In this document: piece by piece, positions 39,412 through 49,628 of the stretch | How positions within the stretch are numbered: the stretch's first letter is position 1 | Layout: each line of letters begins with the position of its first letter | NCBI GenBank assembly: GCA_963836075.1 | Contig: CAWIIB010000009.1 | Span: forward strand, 256,001 to 320,000 | Direction of reading: 5' to 3' | Length of the DNA: 64,000 bases | Source of the DNA: an uncultured Acidobacteriota bacterium | Lineage (GTDB): Bacteria; Acidobacteriota; JAQAZP01 | The notes under the pieces: model-generated | Told to the model about the DNA's origin: nothing | Seen by the model: the letters and a program-made list of their open reading frames with translations, nothing else | Database searches by the model: none | Translations under genes and position numbers: made by a program

Positions 39412-41038
39412 TTACCACCCCAGCACAAACAACCGGTGCTTGGCCCTGGTGGCCCCCACGTAGTAGAGGTGCGGGTCGATGGAGTTGAGGTCGACGTCGA
39501 CCAGGATCACCACATCGGCCTCAAGTCCTTTGAAGCGGTGGATGGTGGAGTAGACGATGCGGTGGAAGCCGGGCTCGTCACCGAGCTTGATCACCCGGAA
39601 GTTGCCCAGCCGGCCCTCGCCGGCAAGGCAGGAGTTCCGCTTGCGGTGGGTGCCGAGGACCGCAACCTGGTGCTCCTTGAGCCCCTCCCCCACCACCAGC
39701 TGGTGGAGCAGCTGCTGGACACGCCCCACCTGCTTTGTCGGGTCGTCGAACCGCTCGACGGTGGGCGGCTCGCCCTCCACCACCTCGCCGGGGGCCGGGT
39801 CGTCGCCGATCAGTTTCCGGGCAAAACTGTTGATCGCCGCGGTGGAGCGGCAGTTGCGGTCGAGGAAGAAGCACTCCTCCTCCGCGAGACACCTGGCGCA
39901 CTCGCCGTAAACCTTCTGGTCCCGGTCAAAGAAGACCGTGCGGGCCCCGCCCCCCTCGGTGATGGCGTCCACCACGATCCACCACTCGTCCTTGAAGTCC
40001 TGCCCTTCGTCGATGACCAGCGACTGGCAGCAGACATCCACCGTGGCCTGGGCCTCGAGGAAGAGGTCGAGGGCCCCGGTGCGGAAAAACTCCGCGTCGG
40101 CCTCACCCTTGCGCGGCCAGGTGAGCCCCGCCTCCTCCACCTTGAGCCGGATGTAGTGGTGGAAGGTGCAGGCCTCGGCCCCGGTCCCCTCCAGCTCGCG
40201 GGCGGCATAAGTGGCCAGCGGGTCGTTGAAGCAGAGGTAGAGGGTCTTGCGGCCCAGCCCCGCCTCCCGCCGCGCCTTCTCGATGGCCAGCACGGTCTTG
40301 CCCGAGCCGGCCCGGCCGCAGATGTAGGCCCGCTCCCGGTCCCCCATGAACTCGATCAGCCGTTTCTGCTCGTCGGTCAGCCGCAGGAAGACTACCTTTT
40401 CGTCACGGATGTCCCAGGAGAGCTTGCGCACGATGTTGAAGGCCGGGTTGAGGATCTCCATCGCCGCCTGCTCGTCCTGCTTTTCGAGCCCGGGCAGCAT
40501 GGGGTATTTGCGCTGCCAGAAGCTGAACACGCCGTCCAGGGCAGCACCGATATCATTGAAGGCCGTGGCATCGATGATGATCTCCCTGCGGCATCCCGGG
40601 CGTCTCCTCGTTGAACGGCACATCGGGGAAGATGACGCAGTGGCCGATGGGCGCGGGGAACCCGCGTGTCGAACCGCCGGTGTTTCTTCAGCTTCGAGAG
40701 GATGGTGAGGGCCGAGGTGCGGGCCTGCTTGCCAGGGTCCTTGATCGAGATGGGTATCGTCGCGCTTGTCGCCGCTGAACCAGCGGCCGCTGCTCATCCC
40801 GCCGGAAGACGACGCCCCCCTTGACCTCGCAGACCAGGATCCCCTTCTCGGGATGAAAGACGAGGAAGTCGATCTCGCCAAGGGGCTGGAAGTCTCCCTT
40901 GGCATTGACCCATTCAAGGGAGTGGAAGACCGTGTAATCGTCGCCGAGCTGGTCTTTGAGGGCGAGGTAGAGCTTCTTCTCGGCGTTGACGATGCCGGCT
41001 TCGATGATCTCGGTTGGGGGAATGAAGGTTGGCATCAT
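39412..41038 (-). CDS. NERD nuclease plus SF1 helicase fusion, frameshifted
   Basis: GEIDFLVFHPEKGILVCEVKGG, GRAGSGKT, VIDEGQD, NCRST, TIHRFKGLE, YVGATRA. Confidence 0.85.
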
Positions 41039-41304
41039 CGGTTTTCCTTCAGGATTCTCGTTCCACCAACGCATTCAGCCAATGCTCGCTCTCGCGTCCT
41101 GGGCGCGCATCAGCAGTCCGCCAGATCTCGGGCTCGCCGAGGCCGGGGACGACCGCCAGGAGGTGCCGCATATCGTTCATCGTCCTCGACCGCCCGTGGC
41201 GCCAGCCCGTCGTCGCCGACTCTCGAGGGATCGCCGCGTCGCGGGCTGCGCCCGCTCCTCGCGATGACCGGAGGGGCGGTCGTGCCCGCGCCAGCCTCCA
41301 AGGC

Positions 41305-42282
41305 CTACGCCGTCAGCGCCCGCACCGCCTTCTTCAGCAGGTTGCGGGCCAGGGCCACCTTGTAGCCGTTCTGCTCCAACGGCTCGGCGCCGGCCAGGGC
41401 CGATTCGGCCAGGGTGTCCAGGTTCTCCGCCGAGATCTTGAACCCGGCCAGCTTCGCCGAAACCGCCTTCTCCAGCCAGGGCACGGGGGCGATGCCGCCG
41501 AAGGCCACCGCGCCGGACATCACCGTGCGGCTCCGGGGGACGAGCACCGCGGCGACGCTGGCCACGGCGAAGTCGAACGACTCCCGCTCACGGATCTTGA
41601 CATAGGCGCTCCTCGTCCCGTTGGCCGGCTCGGGCACCTGGACCGCGGTGACGATCTCGCCCGGCCCGAGGATGGTCTCGCGGGTGAAGTCCTCTTCGGG
41701 CAGGACGAAGAACTCGCGAACCGGCACCTCCCGCTCGCCGTCGCGGCCGGCCACGGTGAGCACGGCATCGAGCGCGGTGAGCGCCACCGCGGTGTCCGAG
41801 GGGTGGACGATGTAGCAGGGTCCGCCGCCGATGACGCAGTGGTAGCGGTTTTCCCCATTCTCTGCAAAGCACTCGGTGCCGCCCTTCTTCAAGCAGTCGA
41901 AATCCCCGCGGAAGTACCAGCAGCGGGGCCGCTGGCAGAGGTTGCCGCCCAGGGTGCCCACGTTGCGCAGCTGGGGCGAAGCGGCCGAGCCGGCGGCCTC
42001 GGCGAGCACAGTCCACTTCTCGCGGATCTCCGGGTGCCTGGCGAGCTCGGCGAGTTTCACCAGCGCCCCGATGCGCAGGCCCTTGCCGGGGAGGAGCTCG
42101 ATCCCGTCCATCCCCTTGATCTTTTTGAGATCGATGAGCCGCCCCGGGGCGACCCTGCCGTCCTTGATCAGGCCGAGCAGGTCGGTGCCGCCGGCGATGA
42201 AGTGCCCTTCGCTCTTTTCGCTGCTGCCCAGGGCCACGGCGTCCTTGACCGTGCCCGGGTGTTCGTAGGTGAATTCGTCCAT
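41305..42282 (-). CDS. Xanthine dehydrogenase family FAD subunit with 4Fe-4S insert (PaoB/YagS-like)
   Basis: IAGGTDL, ASPQLRNVGTLGGNLCQRPRCWYFR, CLKKGGTEC, HPSD. Confidence 0.93.
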   Translation of the reverse strand: MDEFTYEHPGTVKDAVALGSSEKSEGHFIAGGTDLLGLIKDGRVAPGRLIDLKKIKGMDGIELLPGKGLRIGALVKLAELARHPEIREKWTVLAEAAGSAASPQLRNVGTLGGNLCQRPRCWYFRGDFDCLKKGGTECFAENGENRYHCVIGGGPCYIVHPSDTAVALTALDAVLTVAGRDGEREVPVREFFVLPEEDFTRETILGPGEIVTAVQVPEPANGTRSAYVKIRERESFDFAVASVAAVLVPRSRTVMSGAVAFGGIAPVPWLEKAVSAKLAGFKISAENLDTLAESALAGAEPLEQNGYKVALARNLLKKAVRALTA

Positions 42283-42304
42283 CTCTGTCTCCTTCCCTCG
42301 CGGC

Positions 42305-44614
42305 TCAGCTCGATACCGCGGCCAGGGCCTCGAGCACCCGTGCCGGGGTCATCGGCAGGTCCTTCACCCGGACCCCGATGGCGTTGTACACGGCGTTGGC
42401 GATGGCGCCGGCAGTGGGGATGTGCGCCGGTTCCCCGCACCCCTTCACCCCGGTGTTGCTGATCAACGGGTCGGCGTCGCTGACCACGATGACCTCGATC
42501 TCCGGCATGTCCATCATCGTCGGCATCTTGTAGCCGTGGAGGTTGGCGTTGAGCACGCGGCCGCTTCTTCTATCCACCACCTGCTGCTCGCAGAGGGCGT
42601 AGCCCACGCCCTGGATGATGCCGCCGTGCATCTGGTTCTCCATGGTCATGCGGTTCAAGACCAGGCCGATATCGTGGGCCGCGACGACCTTCTTCACCCG
42701 GATGCGTCCGGTCTCGGTGTCCACCTCCACCTCGGCGAACTGTGCGCCGAAGGTATTGATGGCGTAGCCCTCGGGGTTGGCGCCCCGCGCCCCGGTGGTG
42801 ACCAGTGTCTGCTCGCGCAGCTGCTGGAAGATCGCCGGGACCTCCACCGTCTTTGACGAGTCGCTGCGGGAGGTGACGGCGCCGGCGGCGAGTTCGAGGT
42901 CGCCCTCGGGCAGCTCGAGGATCGCCGCACCGGCGGAGATCAGCTTGGCCTTCATCAGCTCGGCCGCCTCCTTCACCGCCGGCGAGACCGACGGCGCGGT
43001 GAGGCTGCCGCCGCTCACCACGCAGTAGGGCCCGGCGGCGGTGTCGCCCACGGTGACACTGATCTTCTCCAGCGGGATGCCCAGCACCTCGGCGACGATC
43101 ATCGCCATGAAGGTCATCGTGCCGGTGCCGATGTCCTGGGTGCCGGCCAGCACCCGGGCGCTGCCGTCGCTGTTCAGCTTGAGGATGCAGCCCGAGGGCG
43201 GGGTGCCGCCGCCCCACCAGATCTGCGAGGCCATGCCCAGGCCGGTCTTCACCGGGCCGGCCCCGCCGCCCGGGGTCTTGCTGCGGCGGTCCCAGCCGAT
43301 GGCCTCGGCGCCCCGGCGGTAGGCCTCGATGAGCCGCTTCGAACTGTAGGGCAGATCGCTCACCTGGTCCTGGTCGGTGTGGTTGAGGACGCGCAGCTCC
43401 ACCGGGTCCATACCCAGCTTCTCCGCCAGGTCGTCGATCAGCGACTCGAGGGCGAAGGTGCCGGGCACGTGCCCCGGCGCCCGCATCGGGCACGCCGGGC
43501 CGGTGTTGCCGTGCACCGAGTACTCCTCGACGCTGACGTTGCCGCACTGGTAAAGCGTTTTCAGCGGCCAGCTGCAGCCGGCGCCGTAGGGGTAGGCCCC
43601 CACCGAGCCGTGGGAGTACATCCGCATCGCCTTCAGTTTCCCGTCCCTGCCCGCCCCGATCTTCAGCTTCTGCACCGAGTCGGGCCGGTTGCCCATGGCC
43701 AGGTTCATCTCCCGCCGGTCCATGGTGATCTTCACCGGGCGGCCGATCCGCCGGGCGAGGATGGCGGCCATCACGCTGTGCTTGCCGCAGGAGAGCTTGC
43801 TGCCGAAGCCGCCGCCCATGTACTTCTTGATCACCCGGACATGGCTCGAGGGGATCTTCAGCTTGCCGGCAATGGTGTCGCGCACCGAGTAGACCGCCTG
43901 GGTCGAGTCCCAGACGGTGAGCCGGTCGCCGTCCCAGTTGGCCACCGACCCGTGGGGCTCGGTGGGGTTGTGCACCGCCACCCGGGTGCTGAAGTCGCCC
44001 TCGACGACGACGTCGGCTTCGGTGAAGCCCTGCTCCACGTCCCCCCGGCTGTAAGGCTGGGAGCGGTTCTCGACGATGTTGCCGTAGTCGTGGAGCTGCG
44101 GCGCCCCCTCCTTCATCGCCTCGGCCGGGTCGGTGACGAAGGGCAGCCGCTCGTAGTCCACCTCGATGGCCCTGGCCGCCTGCTCGGCGACGGCCGCCGT
44201 CTCGGCCACCACGCAGGCCACCTCGTCCCCCTCGTACCTCAGGTGCGGGTCGAAAAGGAAGGTGGTTGCGCCGCGCCAGGGGATCGGTTCCGTGTTCTCG
44301 TGGGTGATGATGTCGAGCACACCCCTTATCCGCCGCGCCCGCGAGACGTCGATCGACCTGACCCGCGCGTGGGGATGGGGGCACCGGAGGACCCGGCCGT
44401 GGGCCATCTGCGGCAAATTGACATCGAAGGTGTACTCTGCCGTCCCGCTGACCTTGTCGTAGCCGTCGATGCGGGGGACCTCGGTGCCGACCACCTTCAG
44501 CTTCTCCCCCGGCTGCCAGGCCGCGGTCTCCCTGACCGACACCTCGGCGAGCTGTTCGGTCATCTCGTCGTCGGCGTAGTATTTCGTTTTGACGATCTTC
44601 TGGTCGCTCATCAC
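42305..44614 (-). CDS. Xanthine dehydrogenase family molybdopterin subunit (PaoC/YagR-like)
   Basis: KVSGTAEY, YMGGGFGSK, MRAPG, QDIGTG, GGIIQGVG, KGCGEP. Confidence 0.95.
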   Translation of the reverse strand: MMSDQKIVKTKYYADDEMTEQLAEVSVRETAAWQPGEKLKVVGTEVPRIDGYDKVSGTAEYTFDVNLPQMAHGRVLRCPHPHARVRSIDVSRARRIRGVLDIITHENTEPIPWRGATTFLFDPHLRYEGDEVACVVAETAAVAEQAARAIEVDYERLPFVTDPAEAMKEGAPQLHDYGNIVENRSQPYSRGDVEQGFTEADVVVEGDFSTRVAVHNPTEPHGSVANWDGDRLTVWDSTQAVYSVRDTIAGKLKIPSSHVRVIKKYMGGGFGSKLSCGKHSVMAAILARRIGRPVKITMDRREMNLAMGNRPDSVQKLKIGAGRDGKLKAMRMYSHGSVGAYPYGAGCSWPLKTLYQCGNVSVEEYSVHGNTGPACPMRAPGHVPGTFALESLIDDLAEKLGMDPVELRVLNHTDQDQVSDLPYSSKRLIEAYRRGAEAIGWDRRSKTPGGGAGPVKTGLGMASQIWWGGGTPPSGCILKLNSDGSARVLAGTQDIGTGTMTFMAMIVAEVLGIPLEKISVTVGDTAAGPYCVVSGGSLTAPSVSPAVKEAAELMKAKLISAGAAILELPEGDLELAAGAVTSRSDSSKTVEVPAIFQQLREQTLVTTGARGANPEGYAINTFGAQFAEVEVDTETGRIRVKKVVAAHDIGLVLNRMTMENQMHGGIIQGVGYALCEQQVVDRRSGRVLNANLHGYKMPTMMDMPEIEVIVVSDADPLISNTGVKGCGEPAHIPTAGAIANAVYNAIGVRVKDLPMTPARVLEALAAVSS

Positions 44615-45225
44615 CTGGCCCTCCCCTTCTGCTCAGCCGCCTTGAGGACCGAGGCCATGATGTTGGGGTAGGCGGCGCAGCGGCAGACCGTGCCGGCCAT
44701 GCCCTCCTTGATCTGCGCCGCCGTGGGGTGGGGGTGGAGGTTGAGCAGCCCCTGGGCCGCCATCACCTGCCCCGGGGTGCAGAAGCCGCACTGCAGGCCG
44801 TCGTGGTCGACAAAGGCCTGCTGGATCGGGTGCAGCTCCTCGCCGTCGAGCAGCCCCTCCACCGTGGTGACCTCCCGCCCCGCGGCGTCGAGGGCCAGCA
44901 GGTGGCAGGAGCAGACCGCCTCGCCGTCGAGGAGCACGGTGCAGGCCCCGCACTCCCCCTGGTTGCAGACCACCTTGGTCCCGGTGAGGCCCAGCTGGTC
45001 GCGCAGCAGTTCGACCAGCGTCTCGGACGGCCTGACCATCAGGGTGTGGCGCTTGCCGTTGACCGTGAGGGCCAGCCGCTCGCTGCCCTCATGCGGCGCG
45101 CTCTGTTTTGCCTCACCCTCGGTCCCCTGCGCGGACAGGGCCTCGGTGACCACCGCCGAACCGACGATGCCCGTGCCCACCTGTTTCATGAATGTCCGGC
45201 GGGGCGGTTCTTTCTTCTCTGCCAT
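44611..45225 (-). CDS. 2Fe-2S subunit with Tat signal (PaoA/YagT-like)
   Basis: RRTFMK twin-arginine motif, CNQGECGACT, QCGFCTPG, CRCAAY. Confidence 0.93.
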   Translation of the reverse strand: MAEKKEPPRRTFMKQVGTGIVGSAVVTEALSAQGTEGEAKQSAPHEGSERLALTVNGKRHTLMVRPSETLVELLRDQLGLTGTKVVCNQGECGACTVLLDGEAVCSCHLLALDAAGREVTTVEGLLDGEELHPIQQAFVDHDGLQCGFCTPGQVMAAQGLLNLHPHPTAAQIKEGMAGTVCRCAAYPNIMASVLKAAEQKGRAR

Positions 45226-45449
45226 GGCCTGCTCCTTTCCGCATCCCCCGCGGTGCACGGCCAAAGAAAGGCACAGCACACCGGGATGGGCCGCCGGTGT
45301 CCGCTGAAGCCGGCCCCCGGGCGCAGCCGAGAGGGATGCCCGGCGGACAAGTGGCGGTCAAATTCACCTGGAGGAGAATCGACATGCTATGGGTGCACTA
45401 TACCAGAAGTGGGAGGGAGAGGGAGGGGGATGGGCAGACAACCTGCGCC

Positions 45450-45749
45450 TCAGGCACCGAGCGCTTCGATCAGCGCTTCCGGTTTCTTCTCGGCGACCCG
45501 CAGCAGGGCACGGGCCGGCCCTTCCGGGCAGCGCCGGCCCTGCTCCCAGTTCCGGAGGGTGGAGACGCTGACCCCGATCATCATCGCGAACTCCGGCTGC
45601 GACTTACCGAGTTTTTTCCTGATCGCCTTGATGTCGGCCGGTTGGTAGTGGAACACGCGCCCCGGCGCCAGCTCCTTCCGCCTGATGCGGCCGGCCTGCC
45701 GGACACTGGACACCAGCTTGTCGAAATCCCGTTTCTTCAGGGGGATCAC
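45450..45749 (-). CDS. NadS/HigA-like HTH antitoxin, orphan (start uncertain)
   Basis: IKAIRKKLGKSQPEFAMMIGVSVSTLRNWEQGRRCPEGPARALL. Confidence 0.8.
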   Translation of the reverse strand: MIPLKKRDFDKLVSSVRQAGRIRRKELAPGRVFHYQPADIKAIRKKLGKSQPEFAMMIGVSVSTLRNWEQGRRCPEGPARALLRVAEKKPEALIEALGA

Positions 45750-45936
45750 CCGGCTTGACACCACGATGACAACGCGAAGTTCCACCCACTTGTTTCGCGG
45801 ACAGGGAATCATCGTCTAATCAAACACTTCCGTTTTGGCCCGCAAGTTGCTTCCCCTTCGATCGACATTTGATCAGGTCGAGGTTGGCCGAACAACAACA
45901 GCTTGACAATATGCATATTTGTGCATATATCTGTGA

Positions 45937-45996
45937 ATGAGATACGTCTGGGACAGCAGCAAGGCGGCTTCGAGCAAACGAGAGCACGGCACTGCC
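45937..45996 (+). pseudogene. N-terminal stub of a BrnT toxin
   Basis: MRYVWDSSKAASSKREHG resembles the BrnT start and is directly followed by the BrnA ATG. TTGACA and an AT-rich operator lie upstream. Confidence 0.65.
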
Positions 45997-46240
45997 ATGA
46001 AGAAACAATGCGACTTCAGCAAGGGCCGGCGCGGCCCGGTGGTTACACCACCTCCCGGCAAGACCCGCATCACCATCAGGATCGATGACGATATCCTCGA
46101 CTGGTTCCGCAGCCGTGTCGACGAAGCCGGCGGCGGCAGCTACCCGGCGATGATCAACCAGGCCCTGCGGGACCACATCAACGGGGACCGCGAAGACCTG
46201 GAGAAGCTGCTGCGCCGGGTGGTCCGGGAGGAAGTCCCAT
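45997..46240 (+). CDS. BrnA antitoxin (stop codon not evident)
   Basis: MKKQCDFSKGRRG...KTRITIRIDDDILDWFR...INQALR...LRRVVREE. Confidence 0.8.
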
Positions 46241-46254
46241 CAGGGTTGACCGGC

Positions 46255-47318
46255 CTACACCCGGTGGAACAGGCCCCGCCAGGCCGGGTCGAGGGGCACA
46301 ACCTCACGGTCTCTGAGCCAGACGTGGGCGCCGGCGTTCTCCGCCTGCCGGTAGGCCCAGCGGGCCACCTGGTGCGAGCCGTCGAGGTTGTGGAGGAGGG
46401 ATCGTGCCTCGAACCGCTGGGCCAGTTCCTGACCCCGGTCCTCGTTGCGTCGCCGCCAGCGCTCGAGGTGCGGCAGGGCGGCCAGCAGGTCGCTCTTCCT
46501 GCCGTTGCAGCCGCGGTGGGCGAGGACGAAGTTGTGCCCCAGGTCGGTGGGATAGCGGGACCAGGGGATGAAGTGGTCCACCTCGGCCCGGCCGCTGATC
46601 GGCCGCCGGCAGTAGAAGCAGTCGCCATGCTGCACGTCCCTGAGGATCGGCACGTACTCGGCCAGCGGGGCCCGCTCCGAGCCGAAGAGGAACTCCGAGA
46701 GGTCCGTGCCGTCGCCGAGGACATCCGCGTTGCCCCTGACCCGCCGGATAAAGCGCAGCCAGGCCCCCTGGACCAGGTTGCGCACCAGGCCGTGGAACCG
46801 CCGGAAGCAGAAGGCCACCCCCGGCTCGAGGGTGATCGTGTGGCCCCGGCCCGTGTTGGGATAGAGGAACGGCTCCACCCCGCCGGCCAGTTCCTGGAGC
46901 CGCCAGAGCGGCATGACCTCGATGTTTCGCGCCACCTGGCGGAGCAGCTGTTCGTACTGGTCCGCGGGCATATCGCCGGATCGGAGCGGGCCGTGTACTG
47001 CTGCTGCGCTTCGGCAACATAGCGGACCACCGCGGCCTGGTGGCCGGTGTTCTGCCGCAAGACAGCGGCCTCACCGGCCCCGGCCGCCGGCACGTAGGGC
47101 CGTGCCTGCCGCCAGTAGTAGTTGATGAACTTCTCCGCGATCTGCCGGGTGTGGAGGGTGAGCGGCTCGCCAGTGTCGTCCCCCAGTTCTACCGAGAGGT
47201 CGGCCAGGGCCAGCAGCAGGGCGAACTTGTAGGTGGCGACGAAAGACCCCTCGTCGAAGATCCGCTGGATGTTGGCCAGGAACCTGACCTGGGCTTCGGG
47301 TGAGGTAGCGTCGGTCAC
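46255..47318 (-). CDS. HNH endonuclease, frameshifted near 46975
   Basis: ATYKFALLLAL N-terminus, CFYC...EVDHFIPWSRY...NFVLAHRGCNGRKSD. GTG start overlaps the HIT stop. Confidence 0.85.
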
Positions 47319-47708
47319 TCGCCTCTGCCGCTCCAGTAGTCGGCCTTGTCGGGGAAGATCCAGCGGATTCCGCCGCGGGGCTCGGGAACGTCCCCGGTGA
47401 ACCGGGGGATCAGGTGCAGGTGGAGGTGCGGCACCGTCTGCCCGGCAGCCTCCCCGTCGTTGATGCCGATGTTGAAGCCGTCGGGGTTCGAGCTCGGCCT
47501 GCAGCCCGTCCCGCGCCTCCCGAAGAAGCTGGAGCATCTCACCCACCTCTTCCGGCGTGGCATCGAAGAAGGACTTGATATGCCGCCGGGGGATGATCAG
47601 CGTGTGTCCGGGCGAGACCGGGAAGCCGTCACGGATGACCACGGCCCGCTCGCTCTCCAGAATGATGCGTTCAGCAAGCAGGCTGCAGAATGGGCAGGGC
47701 GTTTGCAT
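47315..47708 (-). CDS. HIT family hydrolase, frameshifted near 47487
   Basis: CPFC, DGFPVSPGHTLIIPRRH, FNIGINDGEAAGQTVPHLHLHLIPR. Confidence 0.9.
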
Positions 47709-47900
47709 GCGTGTCACCTTGAATGAGTGATCAACGGCGATGATCAGCGGGTGATTGGCCACAAGAATCTGGTTGGATTGTATTACAGTGGGTGGAATCG
47801 GGGAAGGAGGTCAGCAAGATTATTCCACTTATGTCGCGTGGCAGTTTCTAGAGATCGCAGTGTCCATCGAAGAGATTTTGCCTGGGTTTCCTGGCGTGGG

Positions 47901-49393
47901 TCATACGTCCTCTCTGACAACCCAATGGCCGCCCCTGGCAGGACCAAAGCGCTTAATACGGCCTTCGGTCTTCAGCTTAGCCACCTGCAACTCGATGGCT
48001 CTTGCCGTTCTACCAGTGTCCTCAGCTATTTCCAGAATGGTCACTCTCGGATTCGCTCGCATTAGTGCCAGGATTTTCACCGAAGTTTTCACCGAAGTTT
48101 TCACCGAAGTTTTTGCTCGTAATTCTTCCGAAAACGTCTCCGTACGTGCCGGCAAGCGGATCAGAAAATAGCTGCGGTCATCGTCCGATTCGAACTCGGG
48201 TGCCGGCGAGCCGTTCGCTCTCATCACTTTCAGAATCTTCGAGATCCCGGTGGAGCGGCCCTCGGCGAGATCCAGTTCCTTGAGGAACTCTCCGATCCGC
48301 CGATTGCGATAACGGCGACTGACCGCTCTGCCCGCCCGCAGGTCCGCCATCCGGATGGACCGGTCAGGCCCGGGAAAACTCAGCACCACCAGATCATCCG
48401 CAGTGATGCGCACTTCGATCGGCTCGCGGATCTCATAGGATCGGTGGTAGACGGCATTGACAACAGCTTCCTCGATGGCGGCATAGGGAAAATTCCAGAA
48501 ACGCTCGGCCTCGGCCCGGTCAGCGTGTTTGACCACCGTTTGCTTGAGATAGTTGGCCTGGATGTGGCCCAGTGCGTCACGCACGATACGGGCGAGAGGA
48601 CCGGCAAAGGTCTTCTCGTCAAAACGGTCCCCGCCCGGGCCCTCAGGAAACCAGACCACATCGATCTGGGTGGCCGGGAAAAACCGCTCCGGGTGTTCGT
48701 TGAAAAAGAGCAGGCCGACGTTCTTCGGCAAGGCCGACTCGGCAGGACCGCCTACCACGTTCATTTGCCGGCCCAGGGCTTCGCCCGAAAGCCCCCGAAA
48801 CTCATCCGCAAGGTCGCTACCCACCTCGCGCAAAAACTCCTCCATCAATCGCGGTGACAGATCATCGGCCCCGGCGGTCTGGTTGAAGCAGTCGTCAAAG
48901 GGAACCCTGGCCGTGAGGCTGATCAGATCCCGCTCATCGTCGCCTTTCGCCTCGACCGTGCTTGAGTAGCGGCGGATGTAGTGGCGGTAGTCCTTCTTCC
49001 TGGCCAGGACGGACCGCGGGACCTTGTAGGGCCGGTGCTGCCCTCCCGGCGCCCACAGAATAATCAGGTTGCGCCCTTCGAATCGTTCGACACTCAGCAT
49101 GGGGAAATAGGGCGGCTGGATCAGGTTGCAAAACCCGAGGAGCTCCCGCTGGATCCTGTCCAGTTGATTTTCAGGCAAGCCCTTCGGCGGGAAAATGGGC
49201 AGCCCCGATTCGTCACAGTCCTGCCCGATCACCACATAGCCGCCGCCAAGGTTTTCGAGATCGTTGGCAAACGCACAGAGGGTACGCGCAAAACAGGATC
49301 GGGATTCCATCCCGCCTTGTACTCGATCCGCTCGCCTTCGACCTTCCGCTGGCGGAGCAGGCTCTCGATGTTGATCGGGAGCTTGGAGATCAA
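47901..49393 (-). CDS. Schlafen/AlbA_2 + HATPase_c_4 + wHTH protein, frameshift near 49285
   Basis: ERIEYKAGWNP, CAFAND, GGYVVIG, EAVVNAVYHRSY, YRNRRIGEFLKEL, EGRSTGI, GPARGGHW. Confidence 0.85.
48074..48113. repeat. 12-bp tandem repeat x3 (KTSV)
   Basis: TTTTCACCGAAG x3 in the linker before the wHTH. Confidence 0.9.
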
Positions 49394-49628
49394 TTGCTCG
49401 TCTCCTATGGACTCCCTCAGTCACTGACAAGCACGCTTCCTGCCTGGGAACCAAGGTTGTCAGGCTCGCTTTGTTTGCATGGTCTGAAATCATGTACCTA
49501 CAACCACTGCAGGAAGGAAAGGAGCAAAGTGCATGCCAGATGGGGCAGGCGGGAAGACAAACGGATCAAGACGTAGGGAATCCACCGGTGGCCAAATCCT
49601 CAAGGAAGGACCGACTGCCCCCACCTCC

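Noticed and set aside
45937-47762. 361-aa (+) and 540-aa (-) fusion ORFs
   Set aside because: These arise from BrnA read-through antisense to the HNH gene and from frameshifts joining HIT and HNH pieces.
48074-48113. KTSV tandem repeat as a phase-variation switch
   Set aside because: The 12-bp unit keeps the frame, and such linker repeats are common in this family.
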